Below the pieces are notes generated by a model. The model saw nothing but the letters and a program-made list of their open reading frames with translations. It was not told where the DNA came from and did not search any database. Shown here piece after piece: positions 1-6,316 of a DNA stretch of 11,258 nucleotides. The position numbers and the translations under genes were made by a program. The DNA is from a bacterium (GTDB lineage Bacteria > Zhuqueibacterota > Zhuqueibacteria > Oceanimicrobiales > Oceanimicrobiaceae): NCBI GenBank assembly GCA_046757165.1, contig JBHHXT010000158.1, positions 1 through 11,258 on the forward strand. Direction: 5' to 3'. Each line of letters starts with the position of its first letter. Within the stretch, counting starts at the first letter, position 1.

Positions 1-139
1 CAAGTTTCATCTTTTTTCAAGTTAAGTGCCCTGAATGGCAGCGCAGGTTATGCTGGGTTAGCTGCGGGTAAGGTGTTCACTGCTAATCAAGAGAATTGCC
101 ATCTTAAGATAAGGGTTTTTCTGCGAGATGAATTAATGC

Positions 140-222
140 TTGCAACGATAGTCGATTTTTGATACATTTACTTTGCCCTTAAGAAGGTGTGATATTGTGA
201 AATTTCCAAAACAGGGTAAAAT
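140..222 (+). promoter_or_regulatory. Candidate sigma70-type promoter(s) for the toxin-antitoxin operon
   Basis: TTGCAA(140-145)-17nt-TACATT(163-168), and a second candidate TTGTGA(195-200)-16nt-TAAAAT(217-222), in AT-rich DNA upstream of GGAG (236-239) and ATG 248. Confidence 0.35.
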
Positions 223-247
223 AAACTAAGAATTTGGAGTAGCTTTT

Positions 248-442
248 ATGAGTCCCAAAGAAATCATCTTGCGAGAAATTGAACATATTCCCAAAGACGT
301 GTTAGAAGAAGTACTCGACTTTGTTAAGTTCTTAAAAGAAAGGAAAAGCCTCGATAAGTTCGAAATCACCGCTGCCAGTGAATCTGCGCTAAGGAAGGAT
401 TGGTTGCGCCCTGAGGAGGACGAAGCGTGGCAACATTTGTAA
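248..442 (+). CDS. DUF2281-family putative antitoxin (64 aa)
   Basis: EIEHIPKDVLEEVLDFVKFLK N-terminal helical motif and C-terminal ASESALRKDWLRPEEDEAWQHL, typical of DUF2281 proteins upstream of PemK/MazF toxins. RBS GGAG lies 8 nt before the ATG, and the ORF overlaps the toxin start by 16 nt. Confidence 0.85.
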   Translation: MSPKEIILREIEHIPKDVLEEVLDFVKFLKERKSLDKFEITAASESALRKDWLRPEEDEAWQHL

Positions 443-744
443 AAAGCGATATTGTAGTGATTCCATTCCCCTTTTCGGATCTCACCCAAGCAAAAAGACG
501 ACCAACTCTTGTTCTCGCCGCGCCCAAGGGAAACGATTTGATTCTTTGTCAAATTACCAGCCAAAAAGTGCGGGATGACTATGCCATTCCTCTCGATGAT
601 TCTGACTTTCAGACAGGTTCTTTCAAACAAACAAGTAATATTCGTCCGAACCGCATCTTCACCGCAGATAAAGTAGGTGAAGTTAAGAGAGCGAAAACTA
701 ATTCAGTAATAAAGAAAATCATTCACATCTTGGAAACTGAGTAA
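427..744 (+). CDS. mazF: PemK/MazF-family type II toxin (endoribonuclease), probably with a short internal deletion
   Basis: GTG start preceded by GAGGAGG (413-419). Motifs DIVVIPFPFSD, KRRPTLVL, LCQITS and SNIRPNRIFTAD are typical of PemK/MazF proteins. The gene overlaps the antitoxin. Confidence 0.88.
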   Translation: MATFVKSDIVVIPFPFSDLTQAKRRPTLVLAAPKGNDLILCQITSQKVRDDYAIPLDDSDFQTGSFKQTSNIRPNRIFTADKVGEVKRAKTNSVIKKIIHILETE

Positions 745-790
745 TTTGTTTACAAGGTAAGGAAGAGGCAACGGCTTAAAGGGGCTCGAC

Positions 791-814
791 GGCGGCTTTT
801 TGATAGGAGCCGCC
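791..814. terminator. GC-rich hairpin between the convergent toxin and lipoprotein genes
   Basis: GGCGGCT(791-797)...AGCCGCC(808-814) is a perfect 7-bp stem, extendable inward by G-U pairs. There is no clear U-tract, so terminator function is uncertain. Confidence 0.35.
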
Positions 815-894
815 ATTGGCGCAATCTATATCTTTAGCGTGGGCGGCTTTTCAACTTCGTGCCAAAGAGGTTTGCTTTTGTGACTGGGCGCAAC

Positions 895-923
895 GTGCCA
901 CGCACTTCCAAAGTGCGTGGCAC
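895..923. repeat. Perfect 13-bp inverted repeat (REP-like palindrome or 3' stabilising hairpin)
   Basis: GTGCCACGCACTT-CCA-AAGTGCGTGGCAC, about 20 nt downstream of the lipoprotein stop codon on the minus strand, with no U-tract. Confidence 0.7.
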
Positions 924-944
924 ATCTTGACCTGTACTCGTATT

Positions 945-2216
945 TCACCGCACATTCGACATCGCGATCACCGCTGTTCGCACCTTCGCCTTCTCCCCCG
1001 TCTCCGTCCACGCCACAACCACCCGCTCCCCCAGGCTCGCCACCTGCGGAAATCCGCTCGCCCGGCTGGCGGTGGTCTGGCCCAGGACGAGAACATCGGA
1101 TTTCCGGCCTGACGCAAAGATGCGCCGGGCCAGGACCATGCCGGCGGTTCGGGTCGATTCCATCCAGGCGACGAACGCCGATCCGTCCGGCAGCAAGCAC
1201 ACATCCACGCGGCCAATCGTTTCTCCGTCGTTCGCCACCACGGGACTCGAAAACGTTGCGCCGCTGTCCTCTGAAAAAACGACTTTTACTCTGGGGGTAT
1301 CCGCAGCGGCGGTAAACCAGGCGATAGCCACCCGCGCACCTTCCGCTGCCACTGCAGGCCCATTCACCGGACAGCCGTCGATTTTCCATCCATCAGGATA
1401 CAACACCGCCGGAGGCCTCCATTTTCCATCTACCATGCGCACGACACTGATATCGCGCACCTCGCTCCCGGAGCGGTCACGATAGGCGACGATGGCCCCG
1501 GCTTCGGTCAGCGCGGCTGAGGTCTGGCAGCATTCGCACGTGCGGCGGTCGAGCACCTGCTCGTGATGAACAGTGCCCGCTTCATCCAGAAAAGCAGCGC
1601 GCAGTGCCATCTCCGGCTCCGCACCGTTGTCACGGCTGTGGTCGTTTGACGGGCTGGCAAAATCCCGTCCATCGAGCCAGGCAGCGAAGAGCCGGCCGTC
1701 CGGCCATGGCAGCAGGGAGACAAAGCCATGCTCGGTCTCGGTGCCATCCCGGTGCGGTACGACAGCCCGGCTCCAGCTTCGGCCGGCGTCGAAGGATTGG
1801 CTGATGTTGATGTCGTAGGCATAGTGCCCGGCCCCGCTTCTAACCAGCCAGTGGGCAGCGAGACGGCGATGCTTGCCTGCGACAAGAGACGGGAAGTCCG
1901 CCCAGTTGACAAACCAGTTGTGGCCCTGGGCGACGGTTCTAGGCGGTGACCAGGCTTCCTGCGACAGGGAGGAAAACCGCAGCGCCCGGCCCGTGCCGGC
2001 CGGCTCTATCCACGACAGGTAGAGCTGGCCGTCTTCACCGCTGAACAGATTGGGCTCACCGCTGCCGGGCCGGGCAGGAACGGGAATCTGGCTGCTGTGC
2101 ATCAACCCATTCTTGCTGCCTTGTGCCTTTCCACAGCCTGAGAAGGGCGGGCAGATCAAGATGAGTAAGAAGGGGATAGCCAGCTTTGCTGTTTTGGGAT
2201 AACTTTCCTCTCGCAT
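945..2216 (-). CDS. BNR/Asp-box beta-propeller ('exo-alpha-sialidase-like') lipoprotein, 423 aa
   Basis: Hydrophobic signal peptide ending in a lipobox-like FSG-C28; Asp-boxes SFDAGRSW and SEDSGATF; family motifs WFVNWADFPS, PHRDGTETEHGFVS, WLDGR, CECCQT, YRDRS, WKIDGCPVNGP and SGFPQ. The exact start is uncertain because AAGGAG lies only 1 nt before the ATG. Confidence 0.85.
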   Translation of the reverse strand: MREESYPKTAKLAIPFLLILICPPFSGCGKAQGSKNGLMHSSQIPVPARPGSGEPNLFSGEDGQLYLSWIEPAGTGRALRFSSLSQEAWSPPRTVAQGHNWFVNWADFPSLVAGKHRRLAAHWLVRSGAGHYAYDINISQSFDAGRSWSRAVVPHRDGTETEHGFVSLLPWPDGRLFAAWLDGRDFASPSNDHSRDNGAEPEMALRAAFLDEAGTVHHEQVLDRRTCECCQTSAALTEAGAIVAYRDRSGSEVRDISVVRMVDGKWRPPAVLYPDGWKIDGCPVNGPAVAAEGARVAIAWFTAAADTPRVKVVFSEDSGATFSSPVVANDGETIGRVDVCLLPDGSAFVAWMESTRTAGMVLARRIFASGRKSDVLVLGQTTASRASGFPQVASLGERVVVAWTETGEKAKVRTAVIAMSNVR

Positions 2217-2281
2217 GCTCCTTCACAAAAAATTTGTCAGTCTGAGTTAACGAGGGGCGAAGAACATCACAATTATTGTAG

Positions 2282-2310
2282 ATAATAATACCAAATTTTA
2301 GTGAATGCAA
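2282..2310 (-). promoter_or_regulatory. Candidate sigma70 promoter for the lipoprotein gene
   Basis: Minus-strand TTGCAT(2310-2305)-17nt-TATTAT(2287-2282) in an AT-rich patch, with an overlapping extended -10 TGGTATTAT. Confidence 0.5.
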
Positions 2311-2473
2311 ACAAAAAATCAATGACGGCCAAACGCGTATTTCCGGTCTGAGCAACCGACCAGCAGACCATGTTTAGGTTCAGCGACTTTCGGTGACTCC
2401 GATGATTTTCGGTGCCACTCTGCCGGGCCGGGAGACGGGCAGGCCAGAAGAACTGGCGCTCAGGAAGAAGGTC

Positions 2474-3437
2474 TCACGTGCGCACACTGCGGTCCAGCTG
2501 TACCGGGACCGAGCCAGGCTGGAAAAGCGTCTTGTCCGTCGCGTTGGCCAGCGCTTCCTCTCTGGTGATCACCCCGTGCTCGAGGTAGTGCTTCAGGGCC
2601 TGGTCCATGGTCTGCATCCCGAACGAAGCGCCGGTCTGGATGGCTGAATAGAGCTGATGTGATTTTTCTCCGCGGATGAGATTGCGCACGGCCGTGGTCG
2701 CGATCAGGATTTCGTAGGCCGCCACCCGGCCTTTGCCATCCCGGGTTGGCAGCAGCCGCTGCGCCACGATGCCCTGCACGGCATTGGCGAACATCGTCCG
2801 GATTTGCCGCTGCTGCGCCGGCGGAAAGACGTGGTTGACCGTTTCGGCGGCGTTCAGAGTGTGCAAGGTTGCGAACAGCAGGTGGCCGGTCTCGGCCGCG
2901 GTCAGGGCCAGCGAGATGGTTTCCAAATCGCGCATCTCGCCGACCAGGATGATATCCGGGTCTTCACGCTGCTCGTGCCGCTCCTGGTTGATAACTTCGA
3001 GCATGGCAGCCAGAGTGGTGGATTTGCCGCAGCCGGTGGGCCCGGTGAGGAGCACACTTCCTTTTCTCAACCGACACAGCAGGTACAGCCCTTTCGGGCC
3101 TGCCCTCCTCGAGGGTGCGCACCCGGGTTGGAATCGCCCGAAACGCGGCCGCCAGGCCGTGCAGATGATAGAACACATGGGTGCGGAACCTGGCGATCTT
3201 CGGTAGGACATAAGGCAAATCTACCTCCCGCCGGGTCTCGAGGGTTTGTTTTTGCCTTTCGGTCAGCAACTGGTCGAAGACGCGCTGAACGTCCGTGTCG
3301 CTCAGGTGCGCGCTTTCCAGACGGTGCAGTTTGCCGTGCACACGCAAGAGCGGCGGACTGCCGGCGCTCAAATGAACGTCCGAGGCCTCGTTTTTTATCG
3401 CAAACGCGAGCAGACGGTTGAGGTCTTGTTTGGTCAC
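2474..3437 (-). pseudogene. pilT: Twitching-motility retraction ATPase PilT, pseudogene
   Basis: The N-terminal part (GTG 3437; ASDVHLSAGSPPLLRVHG, RFRTHVF, AAFRAIP) and the C-terminal part (Walker A GPTGCGKST, Walker B DIILVGEMRD, His box TGHLLFATLHT, AVRNLIRG, GMQTMDQ) lie in different frames, with the shift at ~3098-3104. The Asp box is missing at ~2970, and ~3 codons are missing at ~2832. Confidence 0.92.
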
Positions 3438-3523
3438 CTTTTCGTTTGACTTTACCTGGAAATCAGACTTCCTTTGACAAGGGCGTTCCGAAATTAGCGA
3501 TCGTCGATCGACAATTGACGATT

Positions 3524-5272
3524 CTAGGGTGAGACGATCCGGGGCGTAATAAAAATCAACAAATCTGTCTGCCGCTTTCTCGTCTCCCGGTGTCGAAACA
3601 GGGCCCCGATGATCGGGATATCTCCGAGCAGCCAGACCTTCCTGATGGTCTCCTCCAGATTTTCCCGAATGAGGCCGCCGATGACGACCGTCTCGTTGTT
3701 CTTGAGATTGACCACGGTTTCGACCGAGCGCCTGGAGGTGATGGGCGCGGAGTTTCCCCCTGACAGAACCTCGCCGATGATCTCCTCCACGTCAGGCTTG
3801 ACAAACAAGGTGATGGTCTCATCCTCGGCCAGATGCGGGGTGACCCGCAGGGCGATGTTGAATTCCCGGTACTCGAACGTCACCTGGTCGCCCTGGCCGC
3901 CGACGCCGCGGTTGATCTGCGGAATGGGAAAGGTGGTGCCGACGCTGATCACCGCCTCCTGGTTGTCCATGGCCAGGATACGGGGATTGGAGACTAACTT
4001 CGAGTGGGTCTTCGAGCTCAGAAAATCGAGCACGGCCTTGTACCGGTTGATGGAGAGCGTGCCGTACTGGATGGCCCCGCCTGCCAACGGCACATCGACG
4101 GCACGCTCGACCGGTTTGCCGGAGGGCAAAATCACCTCCCGGAAGATCTGCCCGCTGATCATCTTGTCCCAGTTGATCCCCAGCTTCTGTTCGCTCCCCG
4201 GCGCCACCTCGATGAGCTTGGCTTCGATCATGATTTGCGGAACCGGGACGTCGAGCGCCTCGAGCATGGCCTCCAGTTGACGCAGATTGGCTGGCGAATC
4301 GGTGACGATGAGGGTGCTGCTGCGCTGGCTGTGGTCGACCTTTTTTCCCTCGCCCTCCTGCTGGTCGACCTGTCTGAAACTCGGATAAAAAACTTGCACT
4401 TTGGCGCTGGGTGAAAGAATCTGCCCGGCCGTGATTTTGACATTGTTGGCATCGAGGTATCTCAACCGATAAACTTTTGTCTCCAGCTCGCGGCTATCGA
4501 ACTTGTCACGCGGTTTGACCAGAATGATGTCGTTTTGCACCATGTAAGCGAAGCCGTTGACTTTCACCACCATATCCAGCGCTTCTTTGACCGTGACCCT
4601 GGTCAGGCTCAGGGTCACTTTGCCCCTGACATCGCCGCTGGTGACGATGTTGAGGCGGCTCTGTCTGGCGAGCAAGCGCAGGACGTCCGAAATCTCAGCA
4701 TCTTTGACGTCGAGCGAGACGCTTTCCTTGCTCGCAAGCGCCGCTGTCATGTCATCCCTGCCAGCCACGGTCAAACTCGAGCGGCGCCGATTCGTCTCCC
4801 GGTTGTTTGACGGCTCACCCGGGCCGGGGACAGCCGCTTTCTCCAATCGGGGCGGCGGCTGGGGTTCGTCGGGAAGGATATCCACAAATAGCAGGCCATC
4901 GAGCACGCGCTTGATCGTGTACGTGGCGGCGTGGGTCAGGAAAATGTCGATCCTGACGATGGCAGGAGATTTGTGCCACTGCGATGCGCGCACCCGTCTC
5001 ACCGAAAGGGCGGTGAAGCGATACTCTGGCCGGGGCAGGGCGAATCTGGCATGGCGCAAGAAAAGCGAAAGCCGATTCGTGGTCGTGTCGAAGCGGCTCG
5101 TGGAGACCACCGGGCCGTCGCAGGAAATCACAACCCGGTCTGCGCCATTCATTTTGTACAGCTCGATCTGCTGTACCGCTGAGCTGACGTTTGCGTCCTG
5201 CGCACTCGAGCGAGACCCAAAGCCGGAGGCCAGCATGACCATGAGCTGAATGATGGCAATTCTATTCCTCAC
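3524..5272 (-). CDS. pilQ: Type IV pilus secretin (PilQ-like), 582 aa
   Basis: Signal peptide; AMIN-like N-terminal domain; STN/N0 domain (VSLDVKDAEISDVLRLLARQSRLNIV); one N3-type domain (TKVYRLRYLDA...TLIVTDSP...LDVPVPQIMIEAKLIEV); secretin C-domain (LVSNPRILAMDNQEAVISVG, ETVVIGGLI, LLGDIPIIGALFR, LLIFITPRIV). The GTG start overlaps the end of the pilP-like gene. Confidence 0.9.
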   Translation of the reverse strand: MRNRIAIIQLMVMLASGFGSRSSAQDANVSSAVQQIELYKMNGADRVVISCDGPVVSTSRFDTTTNRLSLFLRHARFALPRPEYRFTALSVRRVRASQWHKSPAIVRIDIFLTHAATYTIKRVLDGLLFVDILPDEPQPPPRLEKAAVPGPGEPSNNRETNRRRSSLTVAGRDDMTAALASKESVSLDVKDAEISDVLRLLARQSRLNIVTSGDVRGKVTLSLTRVTVKEALDMVVKVNGFAYMVQNDIILVKPRDKFDSRELETKVYRLRYLDANNVKITAGQILSPSAKVQVFYPSFRQVDQQEGEGKKVDHSQRSSTLIVTDSPANLRQLEAMLEALDVPVPQIMIEAKLIEVAPGSEQKLGINWDKMISGQIFREVILPSGKPVERAVDVPLAGGAIQYGTLSINRYKAVLDFLSSKTHSKLVSNPRILAMDNQEAVISVGTTFPIPQINRGVGGQGDQVTFEYREFNIALRVTPHLAEDETITLFVKPDVEEIIGEVLSGGNSAPITSRRSVETVVNLKNNETVVIGGLIRENLEETIRKVWLLGDIPIIGALFRHRETRKRQTDLLIFITPRIVSP

Positions 5273-5750
5273 GCTTCTGCAAGGTTAAGGTGATGACTTC
5301 GCTTCCCCTCTTGCACACCACCCGGTCTGGCAGGATGTCCAACACGGTGAGCGCTCCCATTCGCTCACCTTTTCTGAGAATCCGGTCGCCGATGAGAGCG
5401 CTGGCATCGTTGCCATTCCAGATGATGCCGCGCAACTCGAGCGTGCTCGTGTTGGTGCCCGGTGGGGTCAAAGCTGCCCTGCCCAGGCGATGGGCTTGTG
5501 CGAAAGGGTCCCGTCCCCATGCGCCCCATTTTGCGCCGGCGCGCTTTTGAGCGGGTCTGCGCTCTCCGCCTTCTGGTGCGCTTTCTGCCCGGAGCTCTGG
5601 CGAGACCTTGCCCGGTGGAGTCGCTTTTGTCGCGCCGGGCGCAACCGCCTCTTGTTTTCCGGTGAAATCAAACTGGTTCGCCAGAAAAAGTACCAGCACC
5701 GCGCCGGTCACAGTGACCAGCACTTTTTCACGCTTTTTCAGTGGGGCCAT
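5262..5750 (-). CDS. PilP-like / GspC HR-domain protein with an N-terminal membrane anchor, 162 aa
   Basis: Located between pilO and pilQ and overlapping both. N-terminal TM VLVTVTGAVLVLFLA, flexible linker, PilP-like RDPF motif, and a C-terminal beta domain LELRGIIWNG..ALIGDRILRKGE..VLDILPDRVV. GAGG precedes the ATG. Confidence 0.72.
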   Translation of the reverse strand: MAPLKKREKVLVTVTGAVLVLFLANQFDFTGKQEAVAPGATKATPPGKVSPELRAESAPEGGERRPAQKRAGAKWGAWGRDPFAQAHRLGRAALTPPGTNTSTLELRGIIWNGNDASALIGDRILRKGERMGALTVLDILPDRVVCKRGSEVITLTLQKREE

Positions 5751-6316
5751 ACCTCACGTTTGTCCGTCAAGAAAAGCTCCGTGTCTACCGACAGCTCCAG
5801 GTCGGGGAACCACCCCTGGTGATAAACGACATGGATTTCGCCCAGCGATACCAGAAAGGGCAGCGCAGTCAGGGCGTGCAAGAAGTTGCCAAAGGTCTTG
5901 TACCTGCCGCGCATGGTGAGGTGGACCACCAATTTCCGAACGCCCACAGCGTCAGTCATCCCCGCCTCCAAACTCGTCAAAGAGGTGTAGTCTGGAATGA
6001 TGCGTTGAAATCTCAGGCCAAGTCTCTCTCCGCACCGCTTGATGCCGGCGACAGCAGCCTGCAGCTCCTCCTTCGAGAGCAACTTGGCTTGCTTGGCCTG
6101 GAGCGCTTTTCTTTTTTGCTCGAGCTGGGTTTCCATCGCTGCCAGAGCCGCGTCCGTGATTTGATACCCGCTGACTTTTGTGAGCAATTGTTCAGATCTC
6201 TGTTTGAGCTGATCCAGTCCCAGCACCTTCGGACGGTACAAAAGAAAGTACCAGCCGCAGCACACCGCCAGAATAACTGCCAGTGTGACCATCGAGGTTT
6301 TCGCTGATTTGTTCAT
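5738..6316 (-). CDS. pilO: Type IV pilus assembly protein PilO, 192 aa
   Basis: The start is taken at ATG 6316 (ATGA overlap with the pilMN stop), not at 6850. N-terminal TM (MVTLAVILAVCCGWYFLLYRP), coiled coil, then a ferredoxin-like domain with the PilO-type motif VHLTMRGRYKTFGNFLHALTALPFLV. Confidence 0.85.
   Translation of the reverse strand: MNKSAKTSMVTLAVILAVCCGWYFLLYRPKVLGLDQLKQRSEQLLTKVSGYQITDAALAAMETQLEQKRKALQAKQAKLLSKEELQAAVAGIKRCGERLGLRFQRIIPDYTSLTSLEAGMTDAVGVRKLVVHLTMRGRYKTFGNFLHALTALPFLVSLGEIHVVYHQGWFPDLELSVDTELFLTDKREVWPH

Noticed and set aside
226..630. 134-aa ORF antisense to the TA pair
   Set aside because: It has no family signature, and the + strand genes have RBSs and clear motifs.
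745..945. Integron attC site after the TA pair
   Set aside because: No convincing RYYYAAC...GTTRRRY pair with internal L boxes was found, and no integrase lies in the window.
816..1949. Pro/Arg-rich ORFs overlapping the lipoprotein gene
   Set aside because: They are alternative-frame or antisense artefacts with no domain signal.
3088..3110. Programmed ribosomal frameshift restoring PilT
   Set aside because: There is no slippery heptamer, and the gene also lacks its Asp box, so the product would still be defective.
2964..3437. ORFs 2964..3437 and 2474..3211 as two separate genes
   Set aside because: They are the two halves of one frameshifted pilT; their out-of-frame tail and head have no recognisable motifs.
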